Notes: generated from the sequence alone by a model not told the origin. 64,000 nucleotides of DNA from Gammaproteobacteria bacterium (GCA_965221955.1 CBDCTA010000022.1:192001-256000); one strand, 5' to 3'. Shown: positions 36,415 to 45,806, numbered from the stretch's first letter. A program made the numbers and translations.

Positions 36415-36978
36415 TTATAAACAGGCTGTTATTGGGTTGTTATCATTATCCAACGGTATGCCAGTACTGTCATGTGGCGCGAGGCGTACTCTACCGCTAA
36501 AGGTTATAAATACAGCTTTAGATTTATTTAAATTTCCGGCTTTACATAAAACAAATCTACCTTGTTTATTTGTACGACCGTTAGATCTAAAAGAAAAGTT
36601 TTCCCCAACACCAGAAAAATTTGTTCCCAATGATAATGTTGTATCCAAAGACTCATTAACTATTAATATTTCATCTTGTGGATCATCACGAATACCATCT
36701 TCATCATCATCTACAAATATAATCCATCCATCACCATAATTTAGGCCACTACAGCTATTTAAGTCATTACTATGACATACAGAGACACGCCTATTTCTCT
36801 TTACGGCTTCGCTTCTAGCAAAATTAAGTGACGCAACTACATTATTTATTGACGCCGAAAGCTGATTGCGTTCCATCACATTGCTGAAACTCGGTACGCC
36901 AAGTGTTAATACAACCGCAGCAACTGCTATTGCAATCATCAATTCTATTAAGGTAAAAGCAGATTCGTGTTTTTGCAT
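36415..36978 (-). CDS. fimU: Minor pilin FimU/FimT (GspH-like) (copy B)
   Basis: A|FTLIELMIAI, LNFARSEAVKR, GWIIFVD, GRFVLC. Confidence 0.85.
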   Translation of the reverse strand: MQKHESAFTLIELMIAIAVAAVVLTLGVPSFSNVMERNQLSASINNVVASLNFARSEAVKRNRRVSVCHSNDLNSCSGLNYGDGWIIFVDDDEDGIRDDPQDEILIVNESLDTTLSLGTNFSGVGENFSFRSNGRTNKQGRFVLCKAGNLNKSKAVFITFSGRVRLAPHDSTGIPLDNDNNPITACL

Positions 36979-37334
36979 CGCCCAATACTTTTAGCATGCG
37001 AACACACGACGTGAAGACAACAAGCCAACTCATCTAGCAGGCTTATTCCATGTTTTACATTCTCAGTGGCGCCCGTGAATTCAAGTTAACTGCGCACATT
37101 CCTTCCTGACTTACCCGCCGCGATATTTCGCGATCTCATATAGTTTTCACAACCAATTCTAAACACATCCAGTGTTTATAAATTAGTATGTATATATTGT
37201 ATTAGGTTCTATGAGTAAATTCTTGTTCTATGGGAAAGAATTTTACAAGCTGCTATGTTGTTGCTGTAGCGAGAGTTTTTTGCCCTTATAGAACATAAGG
37301 TCTAAGTAGTAATGAGGATTTTTCAGTAGTTGAA

Positions 37335-37367
37335 ATAAAAAACCCACGGCGGTGATACCGTGGGTTT
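37335..37367 (-). terminator. Intrinsic terminator downstream of yajL
   Basis: AAACCCACGG-8 nt-CCGTGGGTTTTTT on minus strand. Confidence 0.85.
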
Positions 37368-37396
37368 AAGAAGCCTGCTTCCCTGTAGGCTAATGC
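37335..37396 (-). ncRNA. Candidate ~60-nt sRNA (one AGGGA-loop hairpin plus terminator)
   Basis: Minus strand GCATTAGCCTACAGGGAAGCAGGCTTCTTAAACCCACGGTATCACCGCCGTGGGTTTTTT, downstream of a CRP-like site and a -10 box. Confidence 0.4.
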
Positions 37397-37402
37397 AGAC
37401 CT

Positions 37403-37448
37403 ATATTACTCACGCCTCATCGATCAATTAGTGACCCGGTTCACGCTA
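37403..37448 (-). promoter_or_regulatory. Class II CRP/Vfr-type promoter
   Basis: Minus strand CGTGA-ACCGGG-TCACT centred at 37437.5 and TAATAT at 37408-37403; site centre falls at -41.5. Confidence 0.5.
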
Positions 37449-37517
37449 TACAATAAGGCAAACACCACACATCGACTGCCCTATACCGGCCATCACGAAT
37501 ACAAGAAATTGAGAAAA

Positions 37518-38087
37518 TTATGCCGCGCGTTGCAATGCAGCTTCTACTTCCTGGCGTTTTGTATCTCCAAGCAAACACGCAATGATTTCTAATGCAAAAT
37601 CCATTGCTGTACCAGGACCACGCGATGTGAGCACTTGACCATCTTGCTGCACTGCCGCACCTGTTATTTCAAAATTATTATTTTCCAAAGCTTCCAATAC
37701 GCCTGGATAAGCCGTTGCTTTTTTATTATCTAATAACCCTGCACTGGCCAAAACTTTTGGTGCAGCACAAATTGCAGCAACAAAATTTTTATCTGTAACT
37801 GTTTGTTGCAAAATTTTATGTATTCGCTGATCAGCATTTAAATGATCCGCCCCAGGCAATCCCCCAGGTAAAACCACCATGTCGAACTTTTTATCCATGA
37901 CCTGATCAAGTGTAGTGTCTGCTATCAATTTCGTGCCACGAGATGCGGTAATGGGTTTGTCATCAAGACTTGCAGTAGTAACTTGCACTTCAGCGCGTCG
38001 CAATAAATCTATAATCGTAACTGCTTCTAGTTCTTCGCAACCTTGAGCAAGGGGGATTAATACCTGAGGAATGTGTGTATTTGCCAT
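37518..38087 (-). CDS. yajL: DJ-1/YajL (ThiJ/PfpI) family protein
   Basis: GCEELEAV, VLPGGLPGA, AAICAAP, TSRGPGTA. Confidence 0.92.
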   Translation of the reverse strand: MANTHIPQVLIPLAQGCEELEAVTIIDLLRRAEVQVTTASLDDKPITASRGTKLIADTTLDQVMDKKFDMVVLPGGLPGADHLNADQRIHKILQQTVTDKNFVAAICAAPKVLASAGLLDNKKATAYPGVLEALENNNFEITGAAVQQDGQVLTSRGPGTAMDFALEIIACLLGDTKRQEVEAALQRAA

Positions 38088-38875
38088 GATGATTTAGATA
38101 CCTTTGCCAATTGTTGTGTGTTAGCAATGTCTATAAGCTTGCTAACCGTCACTAATTGTACCTCTTGATCGTTTGAACTAGAAAGCTCCTGTTCAAGTAC
38201 GGCTAAGGTAGTTCGATGAGGGTGACCAATTGCTAAAGCATAGCCCTGTTGTTTGGAAATTTTAATCAACTGCTTTACTTGTTGCCTGACAAATTCTTTA
38301 TCATTCGCAGTTGAATCTAAAAAAATGTCACGCTGCATGCTTGGAATGTAATAACTTTGCGCAGTGTTCGCTGCGACTGTACGAGCCGTGGTTTTACTAT
38401 CAATGAAAAAAAGATTTTCATCTCGATTAGCAATAGTCTGCATTAACCATTCCATATAATCAGTATTACTAGTTAACAAACTTCCCATATGGTTATTAAT
38501 CCCCTTTGTATAAGGAACAGCGTCAATACTAATATCCACTGTGCGCATAAATTCATGCCTAGACATACCTGACGTTAGTGCACCATGCCCAAGTGGATGT
38601 GACTTGGAAGCTTGCATCGGCAAATGCAGCATCACTTCTTTACCCTGTTTATGTGCTAAACGTGCTAATTCAATGGAATAGGGTCGCGCCGGTAAAATTG
38701 AACATGTGATCGGCAAGGTAGAATTGATTACGCGTTTGCCCGATTCTAGATTATTGCCAATATCATCAATAATGATGGCAATCGCAGCAGGTTCCGCAAA
38801 TACAATATTAAAAGGGGCTGCAGAAAGCAGCCCCACTAGAAAAATTTTTAATATTTTTTTATAAGAATTCAGCAC
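38057..38875 (-). CDS. Divergent polysaccharide deacetylase (YibQ family)
   Basis: AIIIDDIG, EVMLHLPMQ, GINNHMGS, FFIDSKT, RDIFLD, AIGHP. Confidence 0.92.
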   Translation of the reverse strand: MLNSYKKILKIFLVGLLSAAPFNIVFAEPAAIAIIIDDIGNNLESGKRVINSTLPITCSILPARPYSIELARLAHKQGKEVMLHLPMQASKSHPLGHGALTSGMSRHEFMRTVDISIDAVPYTKGINNHMGSLLTSNTDYMEWLMQTIANRDENLFFIDSKTTARTVAANTAQSYYIPSMQRDIFLDSTANDKEFVRQQVKQLIKISKQQGYALAIGHPHRTTLAVLEQELSSSNDQEVQLVTVSKLIDIANTQQLAKVSKSSWQIHTFLRY

Positions 38876-38881
38876 GTATTA

Positions 38882-40207
38882 CTAAATGCTTGCTTGTTGT
38901 GTACCTACTTTATCTTTCAAAACTTTTAGTGCTTCATCCAAAGCATAATCTTTTGCATCATCTCTTTTTTGTTTAGGAATGACTACAACTGACTTAGGCT
39001 CTCTCTTCGGCGTGCCTGCTTCGCTATCATTCTCTAAATGCCCGTCTAAATCGGCTTCAGAAATAATGCTTAACGCTGAGCTTTCTTCTTCAGATGCACC
39101 CTCTTCTTTTAAAAGAATATCAGGAACAATCCCTTGGCTTTGAATCGAACGACCCGCAGGTGTGTAGTAACGCGCAGTGGTTAGTTTTAATGCTGTATTG
39201 TCATTGAGAGGCAAAATAGTTTGCACTGAGCCTTTGCCAAAAGATGTAGTGCCTAAAATAGTCGCGCGCTCATGATCTTGCATTGCGCCCGCCACAATTT
39301 CAGATGCTGAAGCTGAACCTTGATTGATTAAAATAACTAATGGTGCACCTTTTAATGAATCACCCGTGCTGGCATTATATTTTAATTCCGAATCATCCAC
39401 GCGCCCTTCAGTATAAACAATTAACTTATTATCTTTCAGGAATACATCTGAAACACCCACTGCACCCGTTAACACGCCTCCTGGGTTATTACGCAAGTCT
39501 AATACCAGTCCTTTAAGCTCACCTTCATTTTTCTTTTCTAAACTCTCTAAAGCGTCTAACAAACTACGTGTTGTTTTAGATTGAAAATTTGAGATCCGCA
39601 CATAACCATAGCCTGGTTCTAATACACGATTTCGTACACTACGCACACGTATCACATCACGTGTAAGTTTAATCACTAACGGTGCATCTTCGCCTTCGCG
39701 CACAATGGTTAAGTTAATGTCAGAACCTTTTTTACCGCGCATTAATTTGACTGCTTCTTCTAAAGTTAAACCTTTTACAGACTTATCATCTAATTTAATA
39801 ATTAAGTCACCGGCTTTTACGCCAGCACGATCTGCAGGAGTGTCATCAATCGGTGCGATAACTTTTACGAATCCATTCTCCATGCCGACTTCAATTCCCA
39901 AACCACCAAACTCGCCAGAGGTTCCAATTTGAAGTTCACGAAATTGTTCTTCATCTAAATATGATGAATGCGGATCTAAACCAGAAAGCATGCCGCGAAT
40001 AGCGTTTTTTAATAAATCGCTGTCATCAACATCCGTTACGTAATCTTGCTTAATACGTGCGTAAACGTCAGTAAAAGTACGCAAATCTTCAAGCGGCAAA
40101 GCTGAAGCCATATTTTTATCCGCCCACACATTGTGGGCCAAAGATAGGCTTAACCCAATTACCACTCCCCATATAATGCCGATGTTTAGGGGGTGCTTAA
40201 ATTTCAT
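38882..40207 (-). CDS. ctpA: S41 C-terminal processing protease (PDZ)
   Basis: LDPHS, FGGLGIEV, LDLRNNPGG, SASASEIV, GKGSVQ, TTARYYTP; ATG 40207 after GAGGAG (track GTG 40237). Confidence 0.93.
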   Translation of the reverse strand: MKFKHPLNIGIIWGVVIGLSLSLAHNVWADKNMASALPLEDLRTFTDVYARIKQDYVTDVDDSDLLKNAIRGMLSGLDPHSSYLDEEQFRELQIGTSGEFGGLGIEVGMENGFVKVIAPIDDTPADRAGVKAGDLIIKLDDKSVKGLTLEEAVKLMRGKKGSDINLTIVREGEDAPLVIKLTRDVIRVRSVRNRVLEPGYGYVRISNFQSKTTRSLLDALESLEKKNEGELKGLVLDLRNNPGGVLTGAVGVSDVFLKDNKLIVYTEGRVDDSELKYNASTGDSLKGAPLVILINQGSASASEIVAGAMQDHERATILGTTSFGKGSVQTILPLNDNTALKLTTARYYTPAGRSIQSQGIVPDILLKEEGASEEESSALSIISEADLDGHLENDSEAGTPKREPKSVVVIPKQKRDDAKDYALDEALKVLKDKVGTQQASI

Positions 40208-40431
40208 TACCACTCTCCTCGAATTCTCTTCTGTCACGTAAATATGACTCCATTATGAAAGGAAAAAATAGATTCGCAACATATTAGATCGCAGCAGGTG
40301 TGCAAACGTTCACGAATCAGCATACATATTAGTATTTCACCCGCATATTTACGCATATATACTTATAATATGTGTGTTTTCAAGCTCGCACTGACCCAGT
40401 GAGCCGATCATTGGTTAACAGTCGATCCATC

Positions 40432-41640
40432 CTAATTGGAAGAAAGTCTGCGTGAAGACGCTGGTTTGGAACACCATTTTGCTGGATTGACAGGATCTCC
40501 TTGCTTGCGAATCTCAAAGTAAAGACCCGACTGACTATACCCACCACTACTACCTACTGTTGCTACTCGCTCGCCAGCATTCACCCACTCACCTACTTGC
40601 CTAAACAAGCTTTGGTTATGCCCGTAAAGACTCATATAGCCATCACCATGATCTACGATGATCAACAAGCCCAAACCTCGCATCCATTCAGCGAACGCCA
40701 CCCTGCCATGGTAGATACTACGTACATTGTTTCCTTCATTACTGGGGATAAACACTCCCTGCCAATTTAACTTGCTATGCGCAGCATTTCGCTTTTGGCC
40801 AAATTTATTACTTGGCTTACCCACTACTGGCCAATACAACTCGCCTTTTGATTTACTAAAACCTTTGCCTTGATCGATCACAGGAATATCCATTAAGGCA
40901 GCGCGTAGTTTTTCGATTACGCTCTTAAGTTGTTTTTCATTACTCTCTAAATCTGAAATTTTTTGTTTTTCACTCGTAACACTAGTATTTAACGCGCTAA
41001 TAGTGGTTTTACGTTCACGCTGAGCCCGCTCCAGCGAAGTCTTTTCACCCAATAAATTCTGCTTTGTCTGTAAGATAAGCTGCTCTTGATGTTTGATTTC
41101 TTCATGAACTTGTGTGACGGATTGTAAAACTTGTGTTGCTTTATCTATTTCACTCAGCCGCGCACGATGTAAGTAATCGTAATAAACTAAATCCCGCCCT
41201 AGTTTTTCAGGTTGCTCTTGATTGAGTAGCAGCTTTAATTTTTGCTGACCACCATATTGATATTCTGAACGTATTTGTGCGTACAGAATTCGCTGATGTT
41301 TAGACAACTGTTTCTGTAATTGCTTTTCTTCATTTTGCAGTACAGCTATTTTGTCCTGACTGTTTTTAAGTTTAGTCTCTGTGGAATGTAACTGTTTATT
41401 AAGTTGCCCAATATTCTGTTCTGATTTACGCAATTGCTTTTCTAAGCTACCTAGTTCACCGCGCTGCCGTTCTAGTTTCTGCTGTGACTTACGAATTTGT
41501 TCCTGCACTTTTGCAAGCTTCTTTTCGACCTCCTGTTGACTGGACTCAGAAAAAACAGGGGAAACCACAAAGACTGCTAGCAATACAAGCATGATCGCAA
41601 GGAGCATTCTCTTAAATGGTAGGGTGGTGAATTGCGACAT
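40432..41640 (-). CDS. envC: Murein hydrolase activator EnvC (coiled coil + degenerate M23)
   Basis: Signal peptide, long coiled coil, LKLLLNQE, WPVVG, IIVDHGDGYMSLYGHNQ, LYFEIR. Confidence 0.93.
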   Translation of the reverse strand: MSQFTTLPFKRMLLAIMLVLLAVFVVSPVFSESSQQEVEKKLAKVQEQIRKSQQKLERQRGELGSLEKQLRKSEQNIGQLNKQLHSTETKLKNSQDKIAVLQNEEKQLQKQLSKHQRILYAQIRSEYQYGGQQKLKLLLNQEQPEKLGRDLVYYDYLHRARLSEIDKATQVLQSVTQVHEEIKHQEQLILQTKQNLLGEKTSLERAQRERKTTISALNTSVTSEKQKISDLESNEKQLKSVIEKLRAALMDIPVIDQGKGFSKSKGELYWPVVGKPSNKFGQKRNAAHSKLNWQGVFIPSNEGNNVRSIYHGRVAFAEWMRGLGLLIIVDHGDGYMSLYGHNQSLFRQVGEWVNAGERVATVGSSGGYSQSGLYFEIRKQGDPVNPAKWCSKPASSRRLSSN

Positions 41641-41796
41641 AATGATCTAAATTATAGCTAATAAACTTGCTGAAAATAAGAGTAACTTATTGATTTATAT
41701 GCTTTATTAACGTATTAGACATTTATAATATTAGCCTATACTATATGAGTATAAGTGTGCACGGAAGCGTAAACCTACAACAACTAGGAATCTATT

Positions 41797-42111
41797 ATGA
41801 GTATTACTGCTGATGAACTCATCTCTAAAGAAGAGGATATCGAGCAAGCCTCTCGATCCCTCAAAGCCATGTCGCATCCACTACGACTAAAAATCCTTTG
41901 CGTGTTAGGTGATCGAGAAGTCAGTGTGCAAGATATCGTAGACAATGTTGGTACGTCTCAAAGTAACATCTCTCAGCATTTAGCAATTTTACGTGATAAA
42001 GGCATTTTAGCCTCACGTAAAGATGCTAACCGCGTCTATTATCGTGTTGGCGACGAACGAACGCTTAGCTTGATCAATATGATGCAACAAGTATTTTGCT
42101 CTGCCCATTAG
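41797..42111 (+). CDS. ArsR/SmtB family regulator, BigR/SqrR-like two-Cys type
   Basis: LKAMSHPLRLKILC, SQSNISQHLAILR, C-terminal VFC. Confidence 0.9.
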   Translation: MSITADELISKEEDIEQASRSLKAMSHPLRLKILCVLGDREVSVQDIVDNVGTSQSNISQHLAILRDKGILASRKDANRVYYRVGDERTLSLINMMQQVFCSAH

Positions 42112-42126
42112 CACTTAATTAAATTT

Positions 42127-42552
42127 ATGCACGAATATCTAGAGTTTGCCAGCCGGCATATGCTGCTATTTATTGCACTTGCGGCAATCATTGCTTTAAT
42201 TATCATGTCAGAATTAAAGCGCGCCACCAAAGGTTACAAAGAAGTGTTGCCTGCCGAAGCAGTGCGGTTGATCAATAAAGAAAACGCTCTCGTTCTTGAT
42301 ATACGTGAAGCCAATGAACTCACACAGGGTAGCATTATTGATGCAAAGCATGTGGCCTTGAGTATACTGCCAGAAAAGATTTCTACTCTTAGCACAGATA
42401 AAGATAAACCTATTGTAGTTTTTTGTAAGATAGGTAACCGGTCTGCACAAGCATGCAAATTACTGTTGAAAAATAGTTATACCAATGTGTTTGGTTTGAA
42501 AGGCGGTATAACTGCTTGGATAAATGATCAATTACCCGTTATTAAAAAGTAA
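42127..42552 (+). CDS. Membrane-anchored rhodanese-like protein (YibN family)
   Basis: N-terminal TM helix, LDIRE, active loop FCKIGNRS, LKGGITAW. Confidence 0.9.
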   Translation: MHEYLEFASRHMLLFIALAAIIALIIMSELKRATKGYKEVLPAEAVRLINKENALVLDIREANELTQGSIIDAKHVALSILPEKISTLSTDKDKPIVVFCKIGNRSAQACKLLLKNSYTNVFGLKGGITAWINDQLPVIKK

Positions 42553-42566
42553 TTCTAGATAAGAAT

Positions 42567-42833
42567 ATGAGTACACCTGAAATTACAATTTACACCGGCC
42601 ATCGCTGCGCATACTGTAATGCAGCAAAACGTATGCTGGACAGCAAAAACGTAAGCTATACCGAAATTAATATTCATGAAGATGCTTCTAAAGCTGAAGA
42701 AATGGTTGAGCGTACAAAACGCCAAACGGTACCGCAGATATTCATCGGTGATTACCATGTTGGTGGTTTTGATGATATGGCTGAACTCAACAGCGAAGGG
42801 AAGCTAGATAAATTACTCAGTGGGGAAGAATAG
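42567..42833 (+). CDS. grxC: Glutaredoxin 3
   Basis: CAYC, TVPQIFIG, VGGFDD. Confidence 0.95.
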   Translation: MSTPEITIYTGHRCAYCNAAKRMLDSKNVSYTEINIHEDASKAEEMVERTKRQTVPQIFIGDYHVGGFDDMAELNSEGKLDKLLSGEE

Positions 42834-42908
42834 GCGAGAATCCATAATATATTTCAGTCATAATTATAGGCACTAGCAAATAGGTCGATTAATTACTCAT
42901 AAAAATCT

Positions 42909-43373
42909 ATGGCTGACAAACCCGCACAAAAATTTGAAATTCAAAAGATCTATGTAAAAGATCTTTCATTTGAAACACCGAATTCCCCTAAGATTTTCAC
43001 CGAGAAATGGAATCCTAAAACAGATGTCCATATTCAAACCGAGAACACCAAGCTCGATGATAAAATCTTTGAAGTAGTTATAGTCGTTACAGTTACCGCA
43101 ACTCAAGACGATACCACTGCATTTTTAGTAGAGGTAAAACAAGCAGGAATATTTTTCATCGAACATTTTGCCGAAGAGCAACACAAGCAATTATTAGGCA
43201 GTTATTGCCCAAATATACTTTTCCCTTTTGCACGTGAAACAATCTCTGAATTAGTGACTAAAGGTGGTTTTCCTCAGTTGCTACTTAACCCGGTAAATTT
43301 CGATGCGCTTTACCAGCAACACTTAAATGCTGTTAAAGAACAAGAAGAAAACCCAGAACAAGTAAAACACTAA
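42909..43373 (+). CDS. secB: Protein export chaperone SecB
   Basis: QKIYVKDLSFETPNSP, CPNILFPFARE, GGFPQLLLNPVNFDALY. Confidence 0.98.
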   Translation: MADKPAQKFEIQKIYVKDLSFETPNSPKIFTEKWNPKTDVHIQTENTKLDDKIFEVVIVVTVTATQDDTTAFLVEVKQAGIFFIEHFAEEQHKQLLGSYCPNILFPFARETISELVTKGGFPQLLLNPVNFDALYQQHLNAVKEQEENPEQVKH

Positions 43374-43391
43374 CAAATTAAACATTAATTT

Positions 43392-44384
43392 ATGGCAAAT
43401 GTTGCAGTATTAGGTGCTGGCTCCTGGGGTACCGCACTTGCAATTCAACTTGCAAGTAACGGTCACCAAGTATGTGCTTGGGATCATGATGCAGAATTAA
43501 TTTCTGCACTACAAAATGATCATGAAAATAAGCGCTACCTCCCAGGTAACAAATTTCCTGAAAAGCTCTCTGCTGAACACGATCTCGCCACTGCAATACA
43601 AAATGTCGAATTTATTTTATCCGCAGTACCTAGTTATGCAATGCGCACGGTATGTGAACAACTTGCTTCCCTAAAGCATTCGAAAAAATTTATTTGGGCG
43701 ACGAAAGGTTTTGAAAAACAAAGCAAAATGATGATGCATCAGGTTGTAGAAGATGTTTTAGGTACTGATGTCGAATCTGCTGTAATTTCTGGCCCATCTT
43801 TCGCCAAGGAAGTTGCGAGTAGTTTGCCCACAGCCGTGACACTTGCGTCTAGTAATATTGAATACGCTAAAGAATTAGCCGCTTATTTTCATAGCGATCA
43901 CTTTAGAGTATATGTGAGTGATGATGTCGTAGGTGTAGAGCTGGGAGGTACAGTTAAAAACGTTTTGGCAATCGCTGCGGGAATTGTAGATGGCTTAGGT
44001 TTTGGGGCGAATGCAAGAGCCGCATTAATAACAAGGGGACTTGCCGAGATGATGCGTTTAGGAACTGCATTGAATGCGAACCCAAAAACATTAATGGGTT
44101 TAGCCGGCATGGGCGACCTAGTATTAACTTGCACAGATAATCAATCACGCAACCGCAGGTTAGGGCTCGCTTTAGCCAAAGGCCAAACAGCTCAACAATA
44201 CATGGATGAAGTAGGGCAGGCAGTAGAAGGCTATCATGCAGCACAAGTCGTGCATGATATTGCCCAAGACCATAATGTTGATATGCCCATCTGTGAAAAT
44301 GTCTGGAAGGTATTAAACGGTCATTCAGAACTTAAGGCTGCAATTTCTGATTTGCTTGGCAGAGATATGAAAGAAGAGTTTTAA
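43392..44384 (+). CDS. gpsA: NAD(P)H-dependent glycerol-3-phosphate dehydrogenase
   Basis: GAGSWGTALA, SGPSFAKE, KNVLAIAAG, GDLVLTCTDNQSRNR. Confidence 0.97.
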   Translation: MANVAVLGAGSWGTALAIQLASNGHQVCAWDHDAELISALQNDHENKRYLPGNKFPEKLSAEHDLATAIQNVEFILSAVPSYAMRTVCEQLASLKHSKKFIWATKGFEKQSKMMMHQVVEDVLGTDVESAVISGPSFAKEVASSLPTAVTLASSNIEYAKELAAYFHSDHFRVYVSDDVVGVELGGTVKNVLAIAAGIVDGLGFGANARAALITRGLAEMMRLGTALNANPKTLMGLAGMGDLVLTCTDNQSRNRRLGLALAKGQTAQQYMDEVGQAVEGYHAAQVVHDIAQDHNVDMPICENVWKVLNGHSELKAAISDLLGRDMKEEF

Positions 44385-44389
44385 TAATT

Positions 44390-44845
44390 CTATTTAAAAT
44401 CATTTTGCCTCCAAGCCTCATATAGAATTATCCCGACCGAATTCGCTAAATTTAAACTGCGGGAAGACTCATGCATTGGAATTCGCAGCACTTGTTCAGC
44501 ATCATATTGCTCGAGAATTGAATTTGGAAGACCTCTTGTTTCAGGACCAAAAATAAAAGTGTCTCCTTCTCGAAAATTTGGTACATCATAGTTTGTACAG
44601 CCTTTAGTCGAGCATGCAAAAATCCGCTTTGGTTTCAATGTTTCTAGCATTGCATGATAACTCTGGTGTTCTATAACACTGGCAAATTCATGATAATCTA
44701 AGCCCGCTCTGCGTAGCTTTTTTTCATCTAAATGAAAACCCAATGGATGAATTAAATGCAAAGCACAGCCCATATTGGCGCATAGACGTATAATATTGCC
44801 GGTATTAGGTGGAATCTCGGGTTCGTACAAAACGACATTAAACAT
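44390..44845 (-). CDS. trmL: tRNA (cytidine/uridine(34)-2'-O)-methyltransferase
   Basis: [39 protein letters not shown]. Confidence 0.96.
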   Translation of the reverse strand: MFNVVLYEPEIPPNTGNIIRLCANMGCALHLIHPLGFHLDEKKLRRAGLDYHEFASVIEHQSYHAMLETLKPKRIFACSTKGCTNYDVPNFREGDTFIFGPETRGLPNSILEQYDAEQVLRIPMHESSRSLNLANSVGIILYEAWRQNDFK

Positions 44846-44849
44846 ATAA

Positions 44850-45806
44850 ATGACTCATTCAGAAAAACTAAAACTCGAATTTTGCGGCCTGCAACTAAAT
44901 TCACCGATCGTTTTGCTTTCAGGGTGTGTGGGTTTTGGTGAAGAATATACACGTATTGAGGGATTCTCCAATACAGATGTTGGTGCAATATGTTTGAAAG
45001 GCACAACCGCTGAACCACGATTTGGAAATGCACCACATCGAATTACTGAAACACCAGATGGCATGCTTAATGCAATTGGTTTACAAAATCCTGGTGTGGA
45101 CGCTGTCGTAAATGATATTTTGCCTAAATTGGATTTTACGGAAACGCGTTTTATCGCTAATGTCTCCGGCTCCACAATTGAAGAGTATGTTGAAGTTACT
45201 CGGAAATTTGATGATTCACCGATAGATGCAATCGAAATTAATATCTCCTGTCCAAATGTAAAAGAGGGAGGTGTGGCATTTGGGAATGACCCTGAGATGT
45301 CCGCGCGTGTTGTCGAAGCCTGTCGCGCAGTAACTCAAAAACCACTGATTACAAAACTTTCACCTAACCAAACTGATATCAGACACAACGCTAAATTGTG
45401 CATTGAGGCAGGAAGTAATGCATTTGCTGTGATTAATACGGTTATGGGTATGGCCATAGATATACACAAAAGACAGCCTGTTATTCATAACAACCAAGGC
45501 GGTTTATCCGGCCCAGCAATTAAACCGATTGCATTATTAAAAGTGCATGAGGTGTATCAAGTCTGCAAACCACACAACATCCCTATTATTGGGCAAGGCG
45601 GTGTAGTGGATGCAAAGGATGCGATTGAATTTTTATTAGCCGGTGCAACCACTGTTGGTCTGGGTACAGGACTTTTCTATGACCCTTTGTGTTGTACAAA
45701 AATTAACGACGGAATCGTTGAATACTTAGAACAGAACAGTCTCAAGCATGTGAATGAAATAATCGGTGCATTACAAACTTATACGGACGCCACAAGTTGT
45801 GTTTAA
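44850..45806 (+). CDS. pyrD: Dihydroorotate dehydrogenase, family 1 (soluble, catalytic Cys)
   Basis: [37 protein letters not shown]. Confidence 0.9.
   Translation: MTHSEKLKLEFCGLQLNSPIVLLSGCVGFGEEYTRIEGFSNTDVGAICLKGTTAEPRFGNAPHRITETPDGMLNAIGLQNPGVDAVVNDILPKLDFTETRFIANVSGSTIEEYVEVTRKFDDSPIDAIEINISCPNVKEGGVAFGNDPEMSARVVEACRAVTQKPLITKLSPNQTDIRHNAKLCIEAGSNAFAVINTVMGMAIDIHKRQPVIHNNQGGLSGPAIKPIALLKVHEVYQVCKPHNIPIIGQGGVVDAKDAIEFLLAGATTVGLGTGLFYDPLCCTKINDGIVEYLEQNSLKHVNEIIGALQTYTDATSCV

Noticed and set aside
36990-37140. Possible known riboswitch (c-di-GMP-II, ZTP) in the fimU-B leader
   Set aside because: I could not match the conserved cores by eye; kept only as a structured leader pending an Rfam scan
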